DNA of 60,097 bases, filler included, from Squatina squatina (taxonomy: Eukaryota), in assembly GCA_031763465.1 (NCBI GenBank). It is 3 parts of 3 records of this genome, joined end to end, with 100 filler letters (N's around TTAATTAATTAA, not from the genome) between each part and the next. Parts side by side here need not be neighbours in the genome. Positions count along the whole stretch, not along the records: positions 1 to 22,538 come from JARFOE010000001.1; positions 22,639 to 47,133 come from JARFOE010000219.1; 1 more part is not named here. One strand, written 5' to 3'. The position numbers and the translations under genes are program-made. Below, piece after piece: positions 12,733-23,195 of the stretch (position 1 is its first letter; every line of letters starts with the position of its first letter). Below the pieces are notes generated by a model. That model was not told where the DNA came from. It saw only the letters and a program-made list of their open reading frames with translations, and did not search any database.

Positions 12733-13521
12733 CTGTGAGAAGGAGAGAATGATAGATATTTTTCCATTTTCTATTAAAAGAAACCAAGTGCACACAATAT
12801 CCAATGTGAACATCTTTTTTTCCCCCCAGTGGTATTTATCATCNNNNNNNNNNNNNNNNNNNNNNNNNNNNNNNNNNNNNNNNNNNNNNNNNNNNNNNNN
12901 NNNNNNNNNNNNNNNNNNNNNNNNNNNNNNNNNNNNNNNNNNNTGAAACAGTAATTGCACATTCTGCTTTTACTGACTGCACAACTGAAGGCATTCAAAA
13001 CTTGTTCTCCTCGGAAGCAGAGATTCAGGAAGAATTTTAAAACATGATTGTTTTTGTAATAATAAACCATAGCTTTTCAACACAACTTGCAATACACACT
13101 ATAAGCAATTTTACAGTTTGTGTAGCTAAATTCTGCATTACTAGTATATGCAAGGGATTTGTTCAGTAAGCTCAAACATTAAAGCGATTTTACACTTTAA
13201 TAAAATTAAACAACTAGTCATATCATGTAGTAAAAATTCAAGAGTCCTGTTGCTTCAGAATTGTAACACTTTCCCCCCCAAGAGATTGTTTTAACTTCAA
13301 AAGGTGGAACACATTAGTGAAGAACTGCATGCTGCATGTCACTAGGACTCCACACCTGGAGCCACTACTAGCTCCTGCTTTAAATTCCATTGTCTAGTTC
13401 ATAATATGTAACATTCCAATATAGAAAAACAGGTTTATTCATGTTCACGGTAAGTTCTCAATAAAAGCTCCACCCTTCAAAGGAATTCTATAATTAGAAC
13501 TGAATTACCACCATAACTTAC

Positions 13522-13625
13522 TTATCCAGTTTCTCACATTCAGAAAACTCTGTTGACTCGTTAGGTCAAAGATCAATAAAAATCCCATGGCATCTCTGAA
13601 AAAGGCTGTGGTGAGGCTCCGAAAC
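13522..13625 (-). CDS. RAB27B: Rab-27B internal coding exon (switch II region); not in the supplied ORF track
   Basis: cctgtag|G TTT CGG...TGG ATA A|gtaagt, 104 nt; (R)[34 protein letters not shown]. The exons carrying WDTAGQE and GNKAD are not present and presumably fall in N gaps. Confidence 0.95.
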
Positions 13626-14332
13626 CTACAGGAATAAAATGAATGCAATGCTTTGATCCATTTTAAAAATGCATACATCAAGTCGTCAATCTCTTACCAT
13701 CTATCATTATACTCTGTCACAGTGGAATGTCTCATTAGGAGTTTCTGGCTGGCAAGTCAGTAATTTGATTTTTTATAANNNNNNNNNNTGATATCCAGTA
13801 CATGAAATTATTTCCTTTTACAATGAAGAATTTTTGTTGCTTGTGAAGTAATTTATTTTAAATGTACTTTCCCCCATTGAGGGTGACTTTCTAAGCTATT
13901 TTCTCCCATTTACTTTTTCTGAGTCTCCTTAGTTCCAGCATCTTCTGTGGTCAAGAGGACGAGCAACACATTCCAAAGCCTATTCCACTCTAAAGCCAGG
14001 CCCCCAGAAGGGGCATGAGTAGGGTGACCAGACATCNNNNNNNNNNNNNNNNNNNNNNNNNNNNNNNNNNNNNNNNNNNNNNNNNNNNNNNNNNNNNNNN
14101 NNNNNNNNNNNNNNNNNNNNNNNNNNNNNNNNNNNNCTGCTGTATGAAATTTTCCCCCACAGCACATACAAATAGTTGACAAACGATGACCTTTACAAGT
14201 AAGATTAAAATAAAATTTTTAAATCAAGTTTAATTCTTTTCGTAGTATTTTTCCTCTTCAATCCAGCTTTAACAGTGATTAATGGTGTTGAACTACAGCC
14301 GGAATGGTTAGCAAAAATAGGCAAGCACTCAC

Positions 14333-14497
14333 CAGTCTCTTTTCCCGGAAGTCAATTCCCACTGTGGTGACAAACTTGGGGTTGAACTTATTCTCTGTGT
14401 ACCTGTACAGAAACGTGGTCTTACCAACCCCCGAGTCCCCGAGAGCCAGGAACTTGAACAGATAATCGTAGTTCCCATCATTCATAGAGCTATTCAT
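14333..14497 (-). CDS. RAB27B: Ras-related protein Rab-27B, first coding exon (P-loop, switch I)
   Basis: Acceptor ttacag| before 14504; [55 protein letters not shown]|gtgagt; GDSGVGKT and TVGIDF Rab motifs. Confidence 0.95.
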
Positions 14498-14769
14498 GTT
14501 GACCCTGTAAAAACCAGGTCAGAAAAAACAGAGCGTGAGAAACAAAATATCAGTGCAGGAAACCACCTTCATTCTTTAGGTCCCATCTGTATAGCTATCG
14601 ATAAACAAACACACGAGCTTCAAATGGTCACCAAGGCATGGAGTCATTCGATGCTTCTCACCCCAGCAGNNNNNNNNNNNNNNNNNNNNNNNNNNNNNNN
14701 NNNNNNNNNNNNNNNNNNNNNNNNNNNNNNNNNNNNNNNNNNNNNNNNNNNNNNNNNNNNNNNNNNNNN

Positions 14770-15482
14770 TCCGATCGCAATTTCAGGGCCAATAGATTCC
14801 GTTACCGCACACATTGCTTCAGTGTGGGCACACTGAGTGTGTAACTCTCCCCCGGAGCACCCACGAGGCAGTGAAGCTCGGGATTTTTAGCGTCGTTGCC
14901 CGAAACTGCCGCGGTTTTCCCCAGCCTCGCTCCCGAGGCAGTATTGGGGCTTCTGGCCCTGGACGTCGCCAGCGTGGCTCTGCTCTAGCGATGTTAGGAC
15001 ACTGTGTCAGTGCCATGGCATGCTGACATCAGACGCAGCACGTTGATATCAGACACAGCGTGCTCCGTCCCTTAAGGGGGAGGGCCACCGGCCCTCAGAA
15101 TTGTGGCCTGCCACTGGGCCCCAAGGACTGGGCCATCAGTGTGGCACGCTAGTTGGCGTACTGGGCAAGCAGTGGGCCACCATCAGTCGGCTGACCACAG
15201 AGCACCAGCGCTCCAGCCCTCCCCTTTAAGGGCATCCTTGCTGCGACAGCAAAAGCTGTTGTTTCGCCCCGTGGGAGAATTTCACCCGCGGGACGCAACG
15301 GGGATGAAGTGGGGTCACGGTGGGGTGGTAACGGGTCGGCGCATAGCTTATGACGTCGCACGCCGACCTGCCGCAAAGTTCCCTGGCCTTTGTGCCTCAG
15401 GGGCCCCGGGGAATTTCCTGGGAGGTGAGAAAGCCGCCTGAGAGGCGCTAATGGGGTGAGAAAATTGGGGAATTTCACCCCC
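14770..15482. mobile_element. GC-rich putative non-autonomous DNA transposon remnants (Harbinger-type ends)
   Basis: Sharp GC/CpG-rich island with ends reading aatttcagggcc and aatttcacccc; similar islands and ends at about 505-1215, 17420-17790, 18450-18660, 37920-38157, 47234-47442 and 52975-53720. Family assignment is inference. Confidence 0.5.
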
Positions 15483-17920
15483 GTTGTCTCTTCTAGCTAA
15501 TTCTCCAACATCCTTCTTTCACATCTTATCGCAAAATCTTATTCCACTAGACTCTGTGTCTTCATCTGGGTCTAGCTCTCAGTATCATAAAGGAGTATCA
15601 ACTAGCCCCATACACTTCCCTTTTCATATCCCAATATCTAGCGAGAGCAATGCAACCTATTGGTAACTCAGATGGAAAAGAGGCATTATTTTTGACTTTG
15701 CATAAATCCAAAAATGCAAAGAGAGACTACTTAAATAATAATAGGACAGCAGTTGCTTTGTTGTGATAAAGCACCAGTCAGCAGGCTTTATGGCGCAAAA
15801 GTGCACACAATGATCCATGACTTTTGATGAGCTTGTTAAATGGCAGGAATATGTTAAAGGATCATGGCTTTTCTCTCAATCAAGTTATATTTCATGCATC
15901 ATTACCAGAAGATAACATTTGTGACACAGATTGCATTAGGGTTTTATTATTTAAAAACAAAAGCTTCGTAATCACTTTTCTTGATATAATGTAATTGAGA
16001 AACTCGTGTCTGTTTAGTATTACAGTCAGGCACAGAATTATTACAATTCCATTGTGGATGTTTAATATTGTATTACTACCACAAGACTAATGAGCAATTC
16101 CATTATCAGATCTCCCCATATGGAACTGTTCTGCCTGAACTCTTTAATTTCTTTTGATTGAGGATCAAGCATTTCCAGGATCCTGGGAAGTATTTACAAT
16201 GCTTTAAAATATATTTGCACAGGCACACATCAGCAAGCAGGAAAACACTCCTGTTCAAATAACATGAAAGCTGGATCTGCACTGAGTGACTATCTGAGGA
16301 GTGTTGGTGTGGTTTTATTCTAGCCACATTCAATCCAATATATAAAAAAAGCTGTATCCTCTCCCAGGGCAACACCAGTCTGTAAACTAGGTGCAGTGAA
16401 TATCAGACACCGAAGCGAGTGAGTCAAAGATGTCTGCAATTCACCGTTAATAAATGTACCCAAATGAACCAAAGTAATTCCAGGATTGCACATATTACTT
16501 CTTAAATACACTCGGAATTTACCCGAAATCTAAATAGCACAAGAAATTGCGGACAGATTTTACCAACGTGCTCTTCCTGTCAAGAGCTTTGCCTGCTGAA
16601 AGCACATAGCAAGGGCGAGCTCCCCACGATTTCCCTGTTTGNNNNNNNNNNNNNNNNNNNNNNNNNNNNNNNNNNNNNNNNNNNNNNNNNNNNNNNNNNN
16701 NNNNNNNNNNNNNNNNNNNNNNNNNNNNNNNNNNNNNNNNNGAAGGGAAGGCAAAGCAGCCAAAGTTGTGATTCATGTAGCGAAGATATGGATGGAGAGC
16801 GCAGGTTCTCGCTTAAAGAGCAGGACCTCAAGGCTTTCAAGAACAGCATTTTGCTGAACAATGTTCCGTACAACTCATCGTTCAGAAAATGCAGCAATAC
16901 AGAATTACAAACACATTCATTTTCCAGACACGATTGAGTATGTCAATAAAATCAGAATAAAAAATGGCACTAAATCTAATCACGGAAAGAAAAAGGCCTC
17001 TTAGGAGAATACATAACATGCAAGTGAAGGCTATATCAGTCTTTGCATTAACTGATTTAAAAATGCAAACAAATTCCCAATGTATCTCTTCTCACATCTG
17101 CCTTCTAGTTGCTTTCCAAATCATTACAACACATCAAACACAGTATAATGCCCTTTTTCAAAGGAAAGAATTCCAGGGCTATTTGGAAAGAGTGGGGCAG
17201 TGGGTCTAATTGGATAGCTCTTTTAAGAAGTCGGCACAGGCACGATAGGCCGAATGGCCTCCTCTGGTATCATTCTACAATGTGAATACGAACAAAGTAA
17301 TGAGGTCCCCTAGTTAGAATATTCAAAGTTCAGCCTATGAGTTATCCTTGATCACTTATGCAGTTCTCATGAATCTAGTCTCACTTAGAAACGCAACCAA
17401 CTTTAATATATCTGAATCTCAGGGGTCAATTTTAACTCCAAATTGGTTTGGAGCTGGCAGGGTGGGGGGAGTGGGGGCGAGGTGAGTGCGTTAAGCAGTC
17501 ACAGGCCTAATTTAAGTCCTGGAGTATTTTAATTCCTGGGCCTCATCCACAGTCTACCGGACAGCTTCCCTCCCGAAAGAGGCAGGCAGGAGAGGAAGTT
17601 CAGGCAGCCAATGGCCACCTACCCGAACTATGGGAAACCCGCAAAGTCATGAGCAGGGGACAGGGGGTTTCAGGAGTGTCACGCAGGAGGGAAAGGCAGG
17701 TGAAAGCTGCGACTTTCCATGTGGGGCCCAGGTGAGCACTCCTGCTTTTCCTGGACCCGGCAATGTAAAATTTTGCACTTGCCCTGCAGGCCTCTTCTAT
17801 CTGCAGACCTAGACCTGCTTNNNNNNNNNNNNNNNNNNNNNNNNNNNNNNNNNNNNNNNNNNNNNNNNNNNNNNNNNNNNNNNNNNNNNNNNNNNNNNNN
17901 NNNNNNNNNNNNNNNNNNNN

Positions 17921-18435
17921 GAGTATAGTCTGGAGTCCATGAGCTCAGTCTCATATCGAGTTGATAACAGATACTCCCTTTGATTCAATGGTTCCTGACC
18001 ACATGAATCAGAGTCCAGATCACAGTCTTGAAGCCAGCCGGGGTACTTCAGCTCAGGAATGCTACTGATGCCAGAGACACCCAGCTCTGATTTTTGGCTG
18101 GTTAACCATCTAGGATAATTCTGCCGGGAAATGGAGTTAAATCTATGTTTTCCAAATCTGCAATCTTCCACAGGGATGGATGGTGCAATGGAAGGATTCA
18201 TGTATTTATCTTTCTCTTGTGCCGCCATTCCTCGATGCGAGAATCGAGATGGTTTGAGGCCAGCAGTCCGGTTTAATGGGCTATAACCAACTCTCTCACA
18301 AAGCAATGCAAAGCTGTCATCTCTCTTATGATGCAGCACTCTCCTCTCCGGCTCCTCCAAGACTGACCTGAGCAGTAGTTGTGTGTGGGAAAGTCCCCCT
18401 TTAAGTGTTGAGGCTTGAGGGCTGATTGGTTCCAG
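17921..18435 (-). CDS. C18orf54: Lung adenoma susceptibility protein 2 (C18orf54/LAS2), part of the large central exon; 3' end lost in gap, 5' boundary uncertain
   Basis: Frame open from 18435 to the gap; [30 protein letters not shown] matches the LAS2 block [30 protein letters not shown] (recalled); lies between POLI and RAB27B on the same strand, as in human 18q21. Confidence 0.82.
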
Positions 18436-18734
18436 TTAGGATTCTACTATCTGGCCTGCTGAACGAAACTAAGATAATCAGCGCTAAGTTCCGGCCTTTT
18501 TATGCTGAAAATAGCACGTTTTTCTGAGCTGACAGAATTTTTTTTTCTAATGTGCCAAATTGCAGGCTTAAAGGGAGAGTGCTGAAACCGAAACTTTGCA
18601 CTCAACAATTCGTCCGCTAGCGCCAGTAACTCAGGGAATCCAAATTGGCCGCCCACGAAGTTAAAAACAATAAATTAAAGTGAGTAAATATAAATAAGTC
18701 AATAAACAACTTAAAAAGATCGGCATTAAATATC

Positions 18735-18955
18735 TAAAATAAAAACAGAAAATGCTGGAAATACTCAGCAGGTCAGGCAGCATCTGTGGAGAGACAAACA
18801 GAGTCAACGTTTCAGATCGATGACCCTTTGTCAGAACTGGAAAAAGCTAGAGAAGTGACAGATTTTTAAGCAAGTGCAGGGGCAGGGAAAGGTGGGAGAG
18901 GAGGAAAGAACAAAAGGGAAGGTCTATGACGGGGTGGGAGGCAGGAGAGATTAAG
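18735..18955 (-). mobile_element. Penelope-like element 3' terminal fragment with hammerhead-like motif
   Basis: Minus strand agtt-CTGACAA-agggtcatcgatct-GAAACGTT-gact followed by ctctccacagatgctgcctgacctgctgagtatttccagc, shared with the copies at 2553 and 21112. Confidence 0.75.
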
Positions 18956-19315
18956 GGCGGGCAATTCGCAGTTAACGCCCATGCTAAAAAAACGCAAANN
19001 NNNNNNNNNNNNNNNNNNNNNNNNNNNNNNNNNNNNNNNNNNNNNNNNNNNNNNNNNNNNNNNNNNNNNNNNNNNNNNNNNNNNNNNNNNNNNNNNNNTA
19101 ATTATCAAGTACTCCAGGATTAGGTATTAGTTACACAAAGGGAAAAAGTCCCTTTACTCTGCTTTAACTTCAAACTTCAGAAGAATACTCCACGGATATG
19201 GGAATTCCCCTTCTCCACAGCAGTTCTTGTGACCTGCCTAAATTTCCAGCACCAGTGCTGTCATTTCATCTTGTTTGTGGGGTGTCGCTCATCAACTTTC
19301 GATGAAACCTGAGTT

Positions 19316-20430
19316 TTAACACTTGTTAAAATACTTCAGAATACTGTTGGAATTGGCCATCTTTTTGGGCTGTCTTGCTCCTGTGCTGGATCTTCCTTTA
19401 CTGGTTCGTTTAGCAGCATTTATCTTAGAAACTCTTCTCTGTTGCTTCCAATCCGTCAGCAGTTCGTTCTGAAGCTCAGTGGGCAATTCTGAAAACACCT
19501 TTGGATCCACATTGGAGGGGAAGGCCGCTGAGTTCTGATCCATGGGCCTCTCAGGATCCACGTTACTGGATGGCAAGGTTTCACAAGGAGGATGGTAGTC
19601 TTGAGGGTAGGTCGCTGTGTTACTAAAAGCACGCTGCTCTAACTGGGTTTCAGGGTTATCCAATGTTCTGATGTGAAAATCTGAATGATGGTAGTTATCT
19701 GAACTAGAAATGTCAGGATTACAATCAGTGTCCGGGGGCACCAATAGTTTCCTCTGATCTTCTGTTAGTGACCTGAACATAAAATTGCCTTTNNNNNNNN
19801 NNNNNNNNNNNNNNNNNNNNNNNNNNNNNNNNNNNNNNNNNNNNNNNNNNNNNNNNNNNNNNNNNNNNNNNNNNNNNNNNNNNNNNNNNNNNCTGAACAT
19901 AAAATTGCCTTTACAAAGTGTTTTCTCAACAGGCTGCTCTTCGCTAACATTACATTTCAGCTGATCCTGTGAAGTGCTGGCACCTGCAATAATTTCCTTC
20001 TGGATGTTAGCTGGGAGCACTTTAAATACATCAAGGTCAATTCCAGGTGGTAGGTTAGAGTTTGCGAATGCCAGGCTTGAATTAGCAGAAGTTACACCAT
20101 CTGACATTCCTGAAACAGATTCTTGGCAATTTCCCATGCCTTGCAAGGATCCTGCAGTATTTCCTCCTAAATCGGCATCATCGGACCCTTTCCACTGTCG
20201 GAGAAGTTGTCTATTTACTTTCCCATTTGGGCGTACATCCAATTTTCCTGGGGATTTCTGTGTTAAATAGAATCCAATTGATCCTCTGATGGGGGAAGGC
20301 AATGTGGGCTGAACAAGATTAGCAAAACACACGTTCAGAAGGCTTACATAGAACTGAACCTTTGTGTTTACCATCTTTTGAAACAGCTTCATTAGGATAT
20401 CAACCAGTGGAGTCACGGTGTCATAAGCAC
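19316..20430 (-). CDS. POLI: DNA polymerase iota, terminal exon with PIP-like motif, UBM1 and UBM2 (contains a false 100-N gap)
   Basis: cactag|GT GCT TAT; GAYDTVTPLVDILMKLFQKMVN resembles human GNYDVMTPMVDILMKLFRNMVN; UBM1 LPPGIDLDVFKVLPANIQKEII; UBM2 FPSNVDPKVFSELPTELQNELLTDWK; stop TAA at 19316-19318. Confidence 0.95.
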
Positions 20431-21111
20431 CTAGTGAATAAAAGTGAGGTATAAAACATTTAGGAAGAAAACACATAATAATGGATAGAAAAAGAAAAGG
20501 CCATCTGTCCCATCCAGCCAGCTACTTCCACAAACCACGCATAATCCACTCTTTCATGCAGGAAATTTCTAGATAAATACTCCCTGATCTGCAAAATGTA
20601 TCAACTAAAATTGTAGAATTTCTATCCAACTCCACCTCTCCNNNNNNNNNNNNNNNNNNNNNNNNNNNNNNNNNNNNNNNNNNNNNNNNNNNNNNNNNNN
20701 NNNNNNNNNNNNNNNNNNNNNNNNNNNNNNNNNNNNNNNNNTGGACCTGCATATCGACAGCAGCACTAATGCATTCTGAAATACACTCACTTTGTCTTGA
20801 CTTTCCCTGGGCAAAGCAACAGAAGATCCACTATATTAGGAAGAATTTATTTACTCAAAGGGTTAAAAAAGGCAGCAGAGTCAAGGGCATTAGGGGCATT
20901 CACAATGGGTTGAATGTATTTGGGAAAATGAATGAACTAGAGCAAAAATGTCGGTGGCATCAATGGCCTTTCCACATCTTTCACTGTTCTTATTTCACTT
21001 TAGAGCATTATTAGTGAAAGCTGTCCTTGCTCTTGAGGTATACATCCCTGTGCTATGATAATTCTACCTCGATACTTTAGGCGAGTTGTATCAAAGAATA
21101 ACGTAAACATC

Positions 21112-21204
21112 TGACGAAGGGTCGTCAACCTGAAACTTTAACTCTGTTTCTCTCTCCACAGATGCTGCCTGACCTGCTGAATATTTCCAGCATTCTCTGT
21201 TTTT
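21112..21204 (+). mobile_element. 93-bp Penelope-like terminal fragment inserted beside a POLI splice donor, 14-bp TSD
   Basis: ATAACGTAAACATC at 21098-21111 and 21205-21218 flanks (c)tgacga-agggtcgtcaacct-gaaac...ccacagatgctgcctgacctgctga. Confidence 0.8.
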
Positions 21205-21220
21205 ATAACGTAAACATCAC

Positions 21221-21354
21221 CTGTGTTAAGTTTCTGCATTAGTTGGTTTGGAACAGGACACTGTCGACTCTCCCGATTGAACCATTTGTTACCAGCTGAA
21301 GTACGTCTAATTGTTAGTCGTATGGTCCGTGATGTGCGTCCATCTTTCTGCAAT
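21221..21354 (-). CDS. POLI: DNA polymerase iota, penultimate coding exon (little finger)
   Basis: ttgcag|A TTG...ACA G|gtgatg, 134 nt; LQKDGRTSRTIRLTIRRTSAGNKWFNRESRQCPVPNQLMQKLNT contains the Pol iota RESRQCP motif; phases 2 and 1 fit both flanking exons. Confidence 0.95.
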
Positions 21355-22392
21355 CTGCAAAAACATCTGCAATGTCTTCAAGGCAAATATACTTTGTTGA
21401 CTGAAGCGCGGAACTGCACAGTTTTATAAAATATTAAAGAAGGCCGCGTCATTGTACGTGGGAGATCCTGGTTAGCTTCGTTGCTAAAATAGCCAGGAGA
21501 AGCTTTGCAAAGACTACGCCACATAACTGTAATAGTAAACAGCATGCAACCCTTTTGCTTTACAAACACATTTTGTTTTGTGAATTTTATAAAGTGAGGG
21601 GTGTTAATGATGGGAAATGCCACACTTTCCACTTTCAGCTAGTGTCAGCGTCAAACACTCTTGGGTCCGGGTATAGCACAATTAAAAAGACATGGTATGT
21701 TTAACTATGTTAACGGCGCTCTATAAATGCAAGTTGTTCATGTTATGATAGGTTTTCATGGAAGGATGGGCTGGATGGCCTCATTTATACGAAGATCTGT
21801 TGTTTGGATGCAGAATCAAGCTCCCTCTATCCTGCCTCAATTCTCACCTCAGAAGAACCCGATTGCATCAGTTTGATGCTCTTCAATTCTATTTTCCCAT
21901 TATTCTAACCTCAGTTTATTAAAATTGAGATAAAATTAATAATGGGGCTCAAAATCCACAGCTGGTCTGACAGATTTTGGCAGGATTCTGGTGGGATAGA
22001 AAATAGGTGCAGGAGTAGGCCATTCGGCCCTTCGAGCCCTTCGATGACTGGGGAACTAGGGCAGGACCCAGCTGACCTTGTGCCCAGGTTTGCTGGATAG
22101 CCTTGCGAGAGCACAGCCTCCCATCTGTCCCATAAAAGGCCTTCATCAAAGGAGAGGCGATGCCGACAGAACTAAATGTCAACGCTCCAGTAGCTTGGCC
22201 TGCTTAAGGAGATGGCAGTGTATAACTGGCCCAGACCCGGAAGATTACATTTTTTTTAAACGAACTGATATTCAGGCAGTCCCCTTTGTAAAAAAAAAAT
22301 GTTCTCTTTGTATAAACATGGTATAATGTCATGATGCAAATGTCAACATCTAAAAACACTTTCAGAAGGTCATCTGAAAAGGGCTCACAGAC

Positions 22393-22484
22393 CTGGTTAG
22401 AAGACTGATCAGCAGCCCTTCAATCTTTATTCTAATTTCAACTAATGAGGAGCATCTCTTGAAGGAATCTTCATCACTGAGGGA
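22393..22484 (-). CDS. POLI: DNA polymerase iota, internal coding exon (start of little-finger domain); upstream catalytic exons absent from this block
   Basis: ttccttag|TCC...ACC AG|gtctgt, 92 nt; translates SLSDEDSFKRCSSLVEIRIKIEGLLISLLT(R), matching human Pol iota SFSEEDSFKKCSSEVEAKNKIEELLASLLNR (recalled). Phase joins the next exon. Confidence 0.93.
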
Positions 22485-22538
22485 CTAAGGAAAACATGCA
22501 GATAAATAACAAACTGTTTTAAAACTGTGCAAGCAATT

Positions 22539-22638
22539 NNNNNNNNNNNNNNNNNNNNNNNNNNNNNNNNNNNNNNNNNNNNTTAATTAATTAANNNNNN
22601 NNNNNNNNNNNNNNNNNNNNNNNNNNNNNNNNNNNNNN
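22539..22638. other. Synthetic scaffold spacer (44N + TTAATTAATTAA + 44N)
   Basis: Exactly 100 nt; palindromic 12-mer at 22583-22594 with stop codons in all six frames; identical structure recurs at 47134-47233. Confidence 0.95.
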
Positions 22639-22975
22639 CATTGTGTTAAAGGGACACTCTGTACATTTCCCCACTTATTTAGAAACTAGTGCCATAATGA
22701 TGGCAGCAGCAGCACCATGTTACAGCTGCTTTCCTCATGAGCTCTATCCATGGCCACCCACTTTTCTCATTCCCCCAGTAATTCATCCATCTGTAGTTTG
22801 AGTAAAACACATCTCTTTACTTTTCCCCAAAATTCACTTCCAGAAGTTATCAGTTTTCCCATCACACCTCTGCCTCCTGGTCCAAAACATTGACTCCATT
22901 ACTATAACACTTAAGGACACTGCTTCACATGCTATTATATGTCTTTTCTTGTGTGTAGTATTTTTGCATGTGAGA

Positions 22976-23000
22976 GTGTGTGTGTGTGTGTGTGTGTGTG
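22976..23000 (+). repeat. (GT)n microsatellite
   Basis: About 12 units, directly visible. Confidence 0.95.
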
Positions 23001-23071
23001 GGCGTGTGTTTCTTCTTCTTCATCTTTACCTTGTTCGGTTCCTTTTTAATTGCTGTTTATCTATAATATCT

Positions 23072-23195
23072 TTCAGTTCTAAGGACAGGTTCTATACCAG
23101 AAACATGAATTGTCTCGTGTTTTCTCAACAGATGCTGCCAGTATTTTCTGTTTCTGTTTCAGATTTCCAATGTCTACGAGATTTTGATTTTTGTT
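23072..23195 (+). mobile_element. Degraded copy of the same Penelope-like terminal repeat
   Basis: cagttctaaggacagg...gaaacatgaa...acagatgctgcc...ttctgtttcagatttcca is colinear with the other copies. Confidence 0.55.

Noticed and set aside
12733-14332. RAB27B as a pseudogene lacking two exons
   Set aside because: The three visible exons are intact with canonical splice sites, and N gaps occur in both intervals where exons are missing.
14770-15482. CpG-island promoter of RAB27B
   Set aside because: It has repeat-like ends shared with other GC-rich islands, lies across a gap, and the first coding exon has its own splice acceptor, so the promoter is further away.
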